Part shown: positions 52,501-60,925 of the stretch, piece by piece
Layout: every line of letters starts with the position of its first letter
Numbering within the stretch: the first letter of the stretch is position 1
Assembly (NCBI RefSeq): GCF_964355755.1
Contig: NC_092680.1
Coordinates: forward strand, 5,332,001-5,396,000
DNA length: 64,000 nucleotides
Origin: Antedon mediterranea
Taxonomy: Eukaryota; Animalia; Echinodermata
Reading direction: 5' to 3'
Made by a program: the position numbers and the translations under genes
The notes under the pieces: model-generated
The model's input: the letters and a program-made list of their open reading frames with translations, nothing else
Told to the model about the DNA's origin: nothing
Databases searched by the model: none

Positions 52501-55500
52501 AAATATGATGTGCCAATACATGGACATGATGATGTCATATCACGACCATATTTGGGCACATCACGCTTTTTTTGTCAAACTAGTTTGATAGTGTGGACAG
52601 AGCTTTAGCAACAAAGTCAAACTTAGTGGAGTTATTCTGTTTAATATTTACCGTGTATTTTCTATATTTATTTCAGTTCCACCCTCTTTCATTCAACGAC
52701 CAGAATTTCAAGCAACGATAGAGGGCAGTACAGTAGAGTTTCATTGCACCGCTGAGGGGAATCCATCTCCTGTTATTGCATGGAAGAAGAAAGGTAACCG
52801 GTTCAAAACAAATAATTTAGAAATATGTTTTTGATATTAAATATATAAATATTTAAGCTCTGTTTATATTATCAAACTTTATGTGACAAAAAAAGAGATG
52901 TGCCTATTGTTATGAACATGATGATATCAAAGCACTTCCATGTTTGGGCTCATCACATTTTTTTTGTCACATAAAGTTTGGTGGTGTAGACAGAGCTTTA
53001 TAAAAGATCTATTCAAAGTATACACACATTAATAAATATATATGATTGATTTGTTTAGGATTACAGTTACCTGATGATCGCCGACATGTTGTTTTATCAT
53101 CTGGAACTCTGAGAATTGTTCGGGCAACTAGAGCAGATGAGGGCAACTATGAATGCCAAGCATTTAATAGTGCTGGTTCTAGCCAAGCTACGGCACAACT
53201 GGAAGTGAGGCCTAGAAGTGAGTAACTTTATTTTCCTTAAGCTCTGTCTACACTTTCAAATTTTATGTGACAACAAAATGTTATGTCATGCCCATATATA
53301 GACATGATGATGTCATATTACTACCATATTTGGACACATATCACACTTTTTTTGTCAAACTAGTTTGATAGTGTAGACAGAGCTTTATACTTGGTATTTT
53401 TCACTACAACATAGCACCCTTCCTTTGTAACTTCCCTATTCACAGTACATTCAACTCTATTAGGGGACACATTTATATAAAATAAAACATGAGACAGCAA
53501 TATAATCTTTTATCTTATATATAACTCTTTTAAAGATATATTGTTCCCCTGAAAAATTTTTTTCCAATTTTTGTTGTTGAATGTGCCATTTTGATATTCC
53601 ATAATATTCATGTTTTAGAAAATTAGATTGAAAAAAAATTATTTACCTGAAAACCTGTAATTTAAAGCAAACAAATAGTCAAATTGGCTTCCAGCCAATG
53701 AGTTTTTGGTTGAATTTAACGATTTGGTTTGTCTTTTTATAAGTGAAAACATTTTTGTTTTCTTTTATGCGGAAGTGATAACCTTTATTTGAAAAAAATC
53801 ATTCCATATGTTTTAAATGTAGTTCATTTTCACTATGCAAATTATTTTGTCCTTTGTTTAGTCCCACCAACATTTGAGGTAACACCCTCTGACCTCACAA
53901 TCGTCACCGGGGGAACTGTTGAATTACTGTGCAGCGCTCAAGGGGAACCTACCCCAGTGATTACATGGAGTAAAGATGGCGTACAGATCACTCCGTCAGC
54001 CAAGTTCTTGATTAGCAACAATCACAAGCTTGTTATAACTGATGTTGGTCGAGTTGATGAAGGCAGGTATGATTGTGCTGCTAGGAACAGTATTGGGTAT
54101 GCATCAACGTCAATGGAGCTTAAAGTGGCAGGTAAGGTTGGTGATATGTATGCTCTTAGCATAAATTTAAATAAATTTACAAAAACTGTGTATTTCATAA
54201 TTGAATTAAAGTGAAATGTAAGAAATTTTATAAAAAATAATGAATGTACTAATTGGCTTCCAACATATTTTGATGAGATACAAATTCATGAACTACGGTA
54301 CCAAAATAAACACCAAAATGCTTTATGAATATTCATTAAATTATGATGGCTAAAAAAGTGTATCAATTCAATTCTTGTTACTACCAAAGTCTATCATCTC
54401 CATATGCATCATTTGCAGACATTTTCAAGTCTTCATTTAGCTGAATATAACAATTATTTTTAAATGAAAAATGTGTATATATGTGGATATCCAAGTTTAC
54501 TTTACATTATAGATTCATTACTTTCATTTTTGTTTTTACCTATTTTCACATAAATAATATATGTTGCGTGTTTAAATCTGCATAATAATTTTGATTCTGT
54601 ATTGTTGATGGGAATAAAACCATTCATTACAAATTTCTTTGCTTTGTAGATTTTGAAGGTCCTCGAGAAGGCAATCAGTATGTGGATCAGTCAATTGACG
54701 AAGCAGTTAAGATTGTTGACAAGCGTATAAATGAAACGATTAGTATTCTCTTTGATACATCCAAGCCACGTTCTCCAAGCGATCTTTTGACGTTGTTCAG
54801 ATTTCCTTCTGATGAAGCCGTCAATATTGCGAGGGCAGCAGAGATTTACGAGCAGACACTGCTTCTAATTCATGAGAGTGTTGAACGAGGAATTCTGGTT
54901 AATATGACCGGTATTGGTAGGTTTTGTTTATTTTTCTCTGTAAAAATGCAATATTGTCTTCATATAAACAGATCTATAAAGTTAAATTTATTTCTGAATA
55001 TATTATATTTCTAATAAATAAAATTGATTTTATTTTCCAGATTACAACTACAATGAGTTACTTTCTCCATCATTTCTAAATGTAATTGCTAATAAATCTG
55101 GTTGTATAATGCATAGGAACAATATAAACTGTTCTGACATGTGCTTTCACAAAAAATACAGAAATTACGATGGTACATGCAATAATCTACGCAATCCTGA
55201 ATGGGGTGCATCGTTGACACGTTTTAATCGTATTTTAAAACCAATTTACGAAAATGGATTCAATACCCCGGTTGGTTGGAATGTCTCGCACTTATACAAT
55301 GGTTTTCAAAAACCAAGTGCACGAAAAGTTTCACTGGAAGTTATAAGTACGCACTCGGTGACGCCCAATGAGAAGTACTCGCATATGGTCATGCAATGGG
55401 GGCAATTTTTAGATCACGACATGGACTTTACCGTAACAAGTTTAAGTAAAGCTCGTTTTACTGATGGAGTTGAATGCAAAGACACTTGTGAAAATGCACC

Positions 55501-58500
55501 TCCCTGTTTTCCGATCCGTATTCCCGAAGGTGATCCACGTATACGAAGGTCACAGTGCATGGAATTTACACGTTCTAGCGCCATATGCGGTAGTGGAATG
55601 ACTTCGGTATTTTTCGAATCACCAATGCCACGTGAGCAAATTAACCAGATTACATCGTATATAGATGCGTCTAATGTTTATGGTAGCATTCAAGTTGAAG
55701 CTGTCAAATTGAGAGATTTCACAAACGATAGAGGACTTTTAAAGGAAGGACGTCTTGTTGAATCTTCAGGTAAACGATTATTACCCTTCAATCACGATTC
55801 ACCGATTGATTGCGAACGAGATCTTACCGAAAGCACAATTCCATGCTTTTTGGCGGGTGATTTTAGAGCGAATGAACAACTTGGTTTATTGTCAATGCAC
55901 ACAATATGGATGCGAGAACATAATCGTATTGCCCAAGAGCTTCTTAAGATTAACCCGCATTGGTCCGGTGAGCAAATTTATCAGGAAACCCGTAAAATAA
56001 ATGGAGCACAAATGCAGCATATCTCATACAATCACTGGTTACCGAAGGTTCTAGGACCTGAGGGGATGAAACAGTTAGGAGACTACGCAGGATATGATCC
56101 ATCCATAGATGCTTCTATTATTAATGTGTTTGCAACAGCTGCCTTTAGATTTGGACACAGTTTGATAAACCCATTTATACAAAGGCTAAACTCATCATTC
56201 TTAGAAGCGGAACATGGACATATACCTTTGCACAAAGCATTTTTCTCTCCATTTAGGATTGTGGAAGAGGGCGGAATTGATCCAATCCTTCGTGGTTTAT
56301 ATGGCACTCCGGCAAAAGAAATAAACCCGGGAGAATTAGTGAATCGTGAGTTGACGGAGCATCTTTTCCAAATGGCACACTCGATAGCTCTTGATCTAGC
56401 TGCGCTTAACATTCAGCGTGGTAGAGATCACGCTATTCCTAGCTACAATGACTGGCGCGTTAAATGTAATCTGTCCGCCGCTGAAACGTTTGATGATGTA
56501 ACAAATGAAATTTCTGATCACCGATTACGAAGAAAATTGGAAGATTTGTACAAACATCCTGGCAACATTGATTTATGGGTTGCTGGATTAGCGGAAGACC
56601 CTCTAGATGATGGACTATTAGGACCTACATTTACATGTATTATTGCAGAGCAGTTTAAAAGGACACGTCAAGGAGATAGGTAAATGTATACTAATGTTTT
56701 AGTCGTTGAAGGCCTATGTCATCCCAAATATTAGCATCCCATTTCAATAAGCATTTCCTTTTAAGAATTTTCTATTTTTAAACTTGTTTAAAATGTGGAA
56801 ATATGCAATATGCTTTTGCAATAATTGTAGTTGATACATTTTTGCTCGATTTTCAGACTATGGTATGAGAAGCCATCCGTATTTGAGCCAGCACAACTAC
56901 AAGAAATCAAACAAACCTCATTGAGTGCTGTTATATGCAACAATGCAGATGACATCAAAGAAATTCAGAGAGATGCATTCTTGAGGGCAGACTATCCTCA
57001 TGGATATCTAAAATGTGACTCCATCCCTAAAATTGATTTAAGAATGTGGACAGACTGTGAAGCTGGTAAGTCATCGCCATAATGATGGTTGTCATGCAAT
57101 CATAATATGAACAATTTACACTAAGCCCCGCCTACTTTTAGACTGCACATGTCCCAATCTCCCGTCCACAATTTTCTAGAATCGATAAACTGCATATTTG
57201 CCATTGTCTCAAAACATCAAGTTGAAAAACTCATTCTTAAGTACCGCAATGCAATTCTAATTTGAATTGAACTTTTTTAACATACTGTAATGTCTTAATG
57301 TTGTGTTTACAAAAAGGAACATTTCAATACCATAAACTGATTTGTAAAGGGTAAAACAGTGCTAGTTGGATGGTTATTCATCAATCGCTAGGCTCAAGGA
57401 ATAACATTTTATGTGATAAACACAGGCGCTCTGTTCACCACCCTGCTCCCGTCTTGATGCATATAGTCCCTGGTTATTATATCATGACAGTTACCATGTA
57501 GTCATGTTATCATAATCAAGTTTATTATTATCATATCAAGATGGTGGTTATAATGTTTTTAAGGATGGATATTCATATTCATTCATACATTTTACTACAA
57601 CTTTATCATTAGTAAAGTTCAGGTTGCTGTACACCATGTTTTTCCATGTTGTACCACAAGCCTAACATTACTAGTGTTTATTCCCTATACAAATCTTAAA
57701 CCATCATCAGTGTCATTATCCTTGTGTTCATCATTATAACACCATCCACATCATATCCTGTCTATTTTCATCATCATAACACTAACAGCATCATAAAAAA
57801 ACCAAAATATAACAAAAAAATTGTTTTTGTTCTTGACAGATGGACCTGCAACCGTAACAAATATTTTTAGACGAAAACGATCAGCTTCTGAATCAGCCAA
57901 TAAACAAATTGCAACTGGGAATAAAATAAACAGTGATATCTCAATGGAAATACGAGGTGCACAGTTGGAAGAAACAGTTAATGAAATGCAATCAACAATT
58001 AAAATATTACAGAAAAATGTAGACTCACTAACACAAGAGGTATGTATAATAGGTGCATATTAATCAGTGGTAGGTCTTGGATTTTCAAATAGAGGTTGAG
58101 TGGGAGGAGGACACTAAAATCCAAACTAGGTTAACCCAATGTTTTATCTTTTGGATTGTATTTCCTGAGCCGGGTTAATCCCCAATCTTGGTCCCACCTA
58201 CAGTATGTAATATGCAATGTTTGTACATTTGTTTTTACTTAAATCCTTTTAAACAAACGAAAATCTAAATTTATATATAATTATTGAGTTCAAATTATAG
58301 GCCTACTATACACAAAATTGTTTGTTTCATTTAAATTGAAATAAGAATATATTATAAGGTTCTAAATAGACAAACAATAAGTTTTATTGAAATGTCTTGA
58401 CTGTATGCCTGCAATATTTGCATTTAAGTCAAATAAAACAATTCAATTTCCTATTAGCAGTTTATTTATTAGGAAATGTCCTATTAAGTAATAAAAGTAA

Positions 58501-58604
58501 TGCAGACAGATTTGTCAGACACATATTTCCTTGTTTAACCTATGTATTCAATAATCTTTGTTTTTCAGGTTAAAAGACTAAAGAGGAAAAAGCGCCATAA
58601 CTAA
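4425..58604 (+). CDS. PXDN: Peroxidasin, complete multi-exon gene span (16 coding exons, ~1385 aa)
   Basis: All 15 introns are GT-AG with compatible phases, and exon lengths sum to 4158 nt (divisible by 3). Domain order is SP-LRRNT-LRR-LRRCT-4xIg-peroxidase-coiled coil. Catalytic motifs [21 protein letters not shown] and NIQRGRDH are present. Confidence 0.96.
6249..6404. promoter_or_regulatory. RFX X-box-like motif cluster upstream of exon 1b
   Basis: GTTTCCCATGGCAAT (6249), ATTTCCATGGTTGAT (6301) and GTTACCATAGCAAT (6391). Confidence 0.4.
6721..6878 (+). CDS. PXDN: Peroxidasin alternative first exon 1b: signal peptide + divergent LRRNT
   Basis: [53 protein letters not shown], with phase-2 donor CT|GTAAGT. 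Cys spacing and donor position are the same as in exon 1a. Confidence 0.85.
7678..7795 (+). mobile_element. MITE family A copy, 3'-truncated
   Basis: taa|agctctgtctacactatcaaactttatgtga followed by family interior. Confidence 0.8.
10243..10376 (+). mobile_element. MITE family A copy
   Basis: Left TIR, family interior and partial right TIR. Confidence 0.8.
11011..11107. repeat. Perfect 28-bp inverted repeat with 41-nt loop
   Basis: tgtttgagttggtctaaatagtattggt (11011-11038) pairs with accaatactatttagaccaactcaaaca (11080-11107). Confidence 0.9.
11765..13955. mobile_element. ~2.2-kb non-autonomous DNA transposon with CAGTGGGAMAGCCA TIRs and 5-bp TSD CGGTA
   Basis: cggta|cagtgggacagcca ... tggctttcccactg|cggta. 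A second inverted subterminal block AAATCGTGT...TCGACT is present at both ends. The interior is CpG-rich with no transposase ORF. Confidence 0.82.
15750..16252. repeat. Compound minisatellite (GGGTTACTATTAGAGTAGT variants) ending in a pogo/Tigger-like terminus
   Basis: Short-unit array, then three longer higher-order copies, ending gaagatttacgg|ta. Confidence 0.8.
21107..22190. mobile_element. 1084-bp non-autonomous PIF/Harbinger element with 41-bp perfect TIR and TAA TSD
   Basis: taa|GGCCCTGTTCAGACCCATGGCGTTAGACCGTTTTAGCGTAC ... exact reverse complement|taa, with subterminal partial TIR copies. Confidence 0.92.
22447..22566. repeat. 20-bp minisatellite (CCACTGCCCACCCCCTCTGG), ~6 copies
   Basis: Directly visible; G-rich on the minus strand. 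Confidence 0.93.
24680..24871 (+). mobile_element. Probable LINE 3' end (stem-loop, AATAAA, (GAA)n tail)
   Basis: aaaaggtaccaag..tagcTTCGgcta..cttggctacctttt hairpin at 24783-24830, then aataaagaagaagaa. Confidence 0.5.
25716..25890. mobile_element. 175-bp MITE with CAGGGA..AATTTC TIR and flanking direct repeat CCATT
   Basis: ccatt|cagggaataatttc ... gaaatttgtccctg|ccatt. It can also be read as a 9-bp TSD TGCCATTCA with GGGA ends. Confidence 0.72.
26002..26119 (-). mobile_element. MITE family A copy (reverse orientation)
   Basis: cataaagtttgatagtgtagacagagct|taa end plus reverse-complement interior. Confidence 0.8.
27575..27615 (+). other. Candidate recursive splice site (AG|GT ratchet point at 27609/27610)
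   Basis: Branch-like ttctaat/ctgat, pyrimidine tract tttacttctgttctac, then CAG immediately followed by GTAAGT. Confidence 0.45.
27800..27925 (+). mobile_element. Degenerate Deu/Nin-domain SINE relic
   Basis: ttaaagaacccactgcatctttt...ggttactctggtgtactggtcc resembles the Deu-domain core as I recall it; not aligned. Confidence 0.45.
28075..28229 (-). mobile_element. Possible solo LTR (155 bp)
   Basis: TGTAGT...ACTACA termini, minus-strand AATAAA and CpG richness, but no matching TSD. Confidence 0.4.
29694..30421 (-). mobile_element. 728-bp non-autonomous piggyBac element
   Basis: TTAA|CACTTTCACCGCCA ... TGGCGGTGAAAGTG|TTAA, with palindromic subterminal repeats. A minus-strand relic peptide [21 protein letters not shown] lies at ~30096-30213. 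Confidence 0.9.
30860..31610. repeat. Pyrimidine-rich degenerate tandem repeat (TTCTTGTTGSTTYCC) with ~90-bp and 133-bp higher-order duplications
   Basis: Directly visible; it is the source of the F/L/S-rich spurious ORFs. Confidence 0.9.
34001..34180 (-). mobile_element. tRNA-derived SINE relic
   Basis: Minus strand has an A-box-like GCTTGGTGG and B-box GGTTCAAATC. A related head lies at ~51536-51610 (+) and a shared aaaggtggcaatcct segment at ~36969. Confidence 0.6.
36280..36422. mobile_element. Degenerate hAT-like MITE
   Basis: cagagctgtagccagcatgaggcaaa versus tttgcctcgtctacggcctg; flanks ccaac/ccacc. Confidence 0.45.
36531..36670 (-). mobile_element. Penelope-like element terminal-repeat fragment
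   Basis: Carries a minimal hammerhead motif. Its ~50-bp tail recurs inverted at 47331-47381. Confidence 0.6.
36628..36669 (-). ncRNA. Minimal type I hammerhead ribozyme motif
   Basis: Minus strand UUGCA-CUGAUGA-A-GGGC-uaguguu-GCCC-GAAA-GCUC^UGCUAA: both core boxes, a 4-bp stem II, a palindromic AGCU stem III and a short stem I. Confidence 0.65.
39527..39670 (+). CDS. PXDN: Peroxidasin exon 2 (two LRRs)
   Basis: tttcag| [48 protein letters not shown] |gtaag; 144 nt, phase 2-2. Confidence 0.95.
40003..40146 (+). CDS. PXDN: Peroxidasin exon 3 (two LRRs)
   Basis: cttag| [48 protein letters not shown] |gtaag; 144 nt, phase 2-2. Confidence 0.95.
40990..41170 (+). mobile_element. Deu/Nin-domain SINE relic (intron 3)
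   Basis: gtccttcggaagggatgtaaa...gcatgttgaagaacttggtacactttctgaaacgagtagggg resembles the Deu-domain core as I recall it; not aligned. Confidence 0.6.
42934..43005 (+). CDS. PXDN: Peroxidasin exon 4 (one LRR)
   Basis: aaag| [24 protein letters not shown] |gtaag; 72 nt, phase 2-2. Confidence 0.93.
43311..43449 (+). mobile_element. MITE family A copy (intron 4)
   Basis: Both TIRs and family interior. Confidence 0.85.
45062..45231 (+). CDS. PXDN: Peroxidasin exon 5 (LRRCT)
   Basis: attag| [16 protein letters not shown]...[25 protein letters not shown] |gtaag. Confidence 0.95.
45543..45700 (-). mobile_element. MITE family A copy (intron 5), TTA target duplication
   Basis: tta|agatctgtctacactatcaaact...agtttgatagtgtagacagagct|tta. 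Confidence 0.88.
45832..45979 (-). mobile_element. MITE family A copy (intron 5), TAA target duplication
   Basis: taa|agctctgtctacac...gtagacagagct|taa. Confidence 0.88.
48321..48512 (-). mobile_element. MITE family A copy with a tandemly duplicated end
   Basis: gtgtaaatctctgtYtacacaatcaaactactttga occurs twice, followed by family interior. Confidence 0.78.
48582..48699 (+). CDS. PXDN: Peroxidasin exon 6 (Ig1, N-terminal half)
   Basis: ttccag| [38 protein letters not shown] |gtaag. Confidence 0.95.
49046..49130 (+). repeat. Dispersed repeat, second copy at ~54268-54361
   Basis: Shared tttgat.agataca.attcatgaacta.ggta..aaaat...cc..aatgctt...ttcattaaattatgatgg.taaaa.agtg. Confidence 0.7.
50604..50748 (+). 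mobile_element. MITE family A copy (intron 6), TAA target duplication
   Basis: Near-perfect TIRs with taa|...|taa. Confidence 0.9.
51346..51512 (+). mobile_element. MITE family A copy (intron 6)
   Basis: Both TIRs (diverged) and family interior. Confidence 0.85.
51733..51914 (+). CDS. PXDN: Peroxidasin exon 7 (Ig1, C-terminal half)
   Basis: ttttgaag| [60 protein letters not shown] |gtatgt. Confidence 0.9.
52156..52425 (+). CDS. PXDN: Peroxidasin exon 8 (Ig2)
   Basis: tttcag| APQFVKEP...C...W...[11 protein letters not shown]...LTVF |gtaag; 270 nt, phase 1-1. Confidence 0.95.
52465..52604 (+). mobile_element. MITE family A copy (intron 8)
   Basis: Both TIRs; fills more than half of the 251-nt intron. 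Confidence 0.88.
52677..52793 (+). CDS. PXDN: Peroxidasin exon 9 (Ig3, N-terminal half)
   Basis: tttcag| [38 protein letters not shown] |gtaacc; 117 nt. Confidence 0.94.
52856..52997 (+). mobile_element. MITE family A copy (intron 9), TTA target duplication
   Basis: tta|agctc...cagagct|tta; both ends carry the TTTATGTGAC arm. Confidence 0.88.
53059..53217 (+). CDS. PXDN: Peroxidasin exon 10 (Ig3, C-terminal half)
   Basis: gtttag| [52 protein letters not shown] |gtgagt; 159 nt. Confidence 0.94.
53240..53384 (+). mobile_element. MITE family A copy (intron 10), TTA target duplication
   Basis: tta|agctctgtctacac...gtgtagacagagct|tta. Confidence 0.9.
53862..54131 (+). CDS. PXDN: Peroxidasin exon 11 (Ig4)
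   Basis: gtttag| PPTFEVTP...[14 protein letters not shown]...LKVA |gtaag; 270 nt, phase 1-1. Confidence 0.95.
54650..54916 (+). CDS. PXDN: Peroxidasin exon 12 (linker before the peroxidase domain)
   Basis: ttgtag| [19 protein letters not shown]...DLLTLFRFP...[11 protein letters not shown]... |gtaggt. A weaker in-phase donor exists at 54911. Confidence 0.9.
55041..56679 (+). CDS. PXDN: Peroxidasin exon 13 (large heme peroxidase exon)
   Basis: ttccag|...|gtaaat. Contains [44 protein letters not shown] and NIQRGRDH. Confidence 0.97.
56857..57065 (+). CDS. PXDN: Peroxidasin exon 14 (end of peroxidase domain)
   Basis: tttcag| LWYEKPSVF...ICNNAD...[17 protein letters not shown] |gtaag. Confidence 0.95.
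57840..58039 (+). CDS. PXDN: Peroxidasin exon 15 (RRKR convertase site + coiled coil)
   Basis: gacag| [14 protein letters not shown]...[25 protein letters not shown] |gtatgt; phase 1-0. Confidence 0.88.
58569..58604 (+). CDS. PXDN: Peroxidasin exon 16, terminal coding exon ([11 protein letters not shown])
   Basis: Strong acceptor ctttgtttttcag|, phase 0. Continues the heptad pattern; TAA at 58602-58604. Confidence 0.75.
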   Translation, partial: VKRLKRKKRHN

Positions 58605-58747
58605 AGTATCTATTTGTTGAAAGATTATTTTCATAAACTATATATCATGCATTGTGATGTCCAACTGATGACTGAAATGCTGTTGAAATTGTTTTTATGT
58701 ATTACATGCGAATCATGTATTGTTAATAGGGATCTTTTGATATATCA

Positions 58748-59382
58748 GTGACAACCTGGACTCGGGTGACATACTGGACTCGGTGTCAACTTGGACTTGG
58801 TGACAACCTGGACTCAGTGTCAACTTGGACTTGGTGACAACCTGGACTCGGGTGACATACTGGATTCAGTGTAAACCTAGACTTGGTGACAACCTGGACT
58901 TGGTGACAACCTGGACTTGTGACAACCTGAACTTGTGACAACCTGAACTTGTGACAACCTGAACTTGGTGACAAACTGAACTTGGTGACAACCTGAAATT
59001 GGTGACAACCTGGACTTAGTGACAATCTGTAATCAGTTACAACCTGGACTTAGTGACAACCTGTAATCAGTGACAACCTTGACTTGGTGACCACCTGGAC
59101 TTGGTGACAACCTGTAATCAGTGACAACCTGGACTTGGTAACCACCTGTAATCAGTGACAACCTGTAATCAGTGACAACCTGTAATCAGTGACAACCTGT
59201 AATCAGTGACAACCTGTAATCAGTGACAACCTGGACTCACTGTCAACCTGGACTTTGTGACAACATGTCATTTGTGACAACCTACATTATATGACAATCT
59301 GAACTCACTGGCAACCTGAACTCCGTTACAAACTGGAATCAGTGACAACCTAAATTTGGTGACAAAGTAGATTCGGTGACAA
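58748..59382. repeat. 17-18-bp minisatellite (GTGACAACCTGGACTTG / GTGACAACCTGTAATCA), roughly 35 units
   Basis: Directly visible; begins ~145 nt after the peroxidasin stop codon. Confidence 0.92.
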
Positions 59383-60389
59383 TTTAATTGATCTATCCTG
59401 GAAATGAATTTTTTTTTGGTGGGGGGAAGGGGGGATTTAGTCAGCTACGTCCACTTTACAACTTACAAAGGTATACACTGTGTTGTGGTCGTCTACTCCT
59501 GTTATACAAATAGTAGGTAAATAGGAGCTAATACTTAATTACCTCATTTGCATAAGACCTTGGTTTTGGTTGTCATGTGACTGAAAGCGCCCTTATAAGT
59601 GACTGGTGTTGATTTTAATCAAGATGTTTGATAATCGACTTAAACCTGAAATTCATGTAAATTAATTTTAAAGTTTAGTTTATAAATACATATTGTAACA
59701 TATTATTTTGCTAACTGCCAATATCACATATATTATTTTCAGTGAATAAGTTTTATGTTCAATACTTTTTAAGGCAACGTAATTTTAATATTTCATTGGT
59801 GAACTAATTTTCAGAGCTTCATTGATCATTACCCACGATTATTAAATGGATTTGTTGCTTGATTGTGTGATGATCAATTTGATATCAGATTGATAACTTG
59901 TAGACCTATGTAATATTTCTAATCTATTTCAGAAGCATTCAAACTTCAGGAAAAATGTCAATTTTTGTCATGTGTTTATAGCAATTTAAATAACATGTAG
60001 GAAAAGACTTAGAAATTTAGGAAAATAAAACAATTATCAATTTTATTTATGCAAATACTTGTAACTATTGTTTAAGCATGTTGACAAGCAAATTGTGCTA
60101 TGCAAAAATAGTGTAGACTGTATTTATAGAATTTTAAAAAGAACCTTTAGTGTGGCATTTGAAAATCATTTAGAACTTATTTATTTAAATTCAAATATAA
60201 ACTGTTTTTTTTTTACTCTTTTTATAACAAAATATTTTAATACAGAAAAAAAACTATTCAAAAATCTCAGTATTTACATTTCTATGTAAAAAAATAAATG
60301 AATTAAGAGGTACAGTAAGAGGGCAGTGTTTGCAATGTCTTTCAGGGAATTCTATTGGTTCAGATAATTAAAAATAAAAATGCTCATAA

Positions 60390-60512
60390 AGCTTTGTCTA
60401 CACTACACTATCAAACTTTGTAAAAAAAAATGTGATGTGCCCATAATGGACACTATAATGTCACACCATATTTGAGCATATCGCTACCATATTTGGTAGT
60501 GTAGGCAGAGCT
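60390..60512 (+). mobile_element. MITE family A copy downstream of the gene, TAA target duplication
   Basis: taa|agctttgtctacac...gtgtaggcagagct|taa. Confidence 0.82.
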
Positions 60513-60574
60513 TAAGAAGACCTACAATATCCATATCCAAATATATGGTGACACAAACAATAAATAAAAGTGTT

Positions 60575-60925
60575 ACGGTAAATCCTCTATTAAGGGGACA
60601 CCTACCATAGTAGAACTCCTATTAAGGGGACACCTACCATAGTAGAACTCCTATTAAGGGGACACCTACCATAGTAGAACTCCTATTAAGGGGACACCTA
60701 CAATAGTAGAACTCCTATTAAGGGGACACCTACCATAGTAGAACTCCTATTAAGGGGACACCTACCATAGTAGAACTCCTATTAAGGGGACACCTACAAT
60801 ACCTAACAAAATGTCCCTAAAATAGGCATTGACTCTAGTGTTTAAATGTAAGATATTGACCCCTCATTCACTTGGTGAAATAGAGGTGTCTGAGTAATGG
60901 TGTTTCAAATGAGGAGTTCTAATGC
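60575..60925. repeat. 32-bp tandem array (CCTATTAAGGGGACACCTACCATAGTAGAACT, ~7 copies) inside a pogo/Tigger-like MITE
   Basis: Array at 60583-60800, followed by aaatgtccctaaaatagg...gaggagttcta. Related termini lie at ~560-612, ~15701-15735, ~16355-16465 and ~53444-53470. Confidence 0.8.

Noticed and set aside
56083-56412. Antisense and alternate-frame ORFs within exon 13 (also 55755-56000)
   Set aside because: Shadows of the peroxidase coding frame.
58661-58690. CTGATGA-CT-GAAA hammerhead-like core in the 3' UTR
   Set aside because: No stem II (only 2 nt between the boxes) and no suitable NUH cleavage triplet.
58748-60800. Regular repeats as a possible CRISPR array
   Set aside because: Head-to-tail units with no unique spacers, eukaryotic context and no cas genes.
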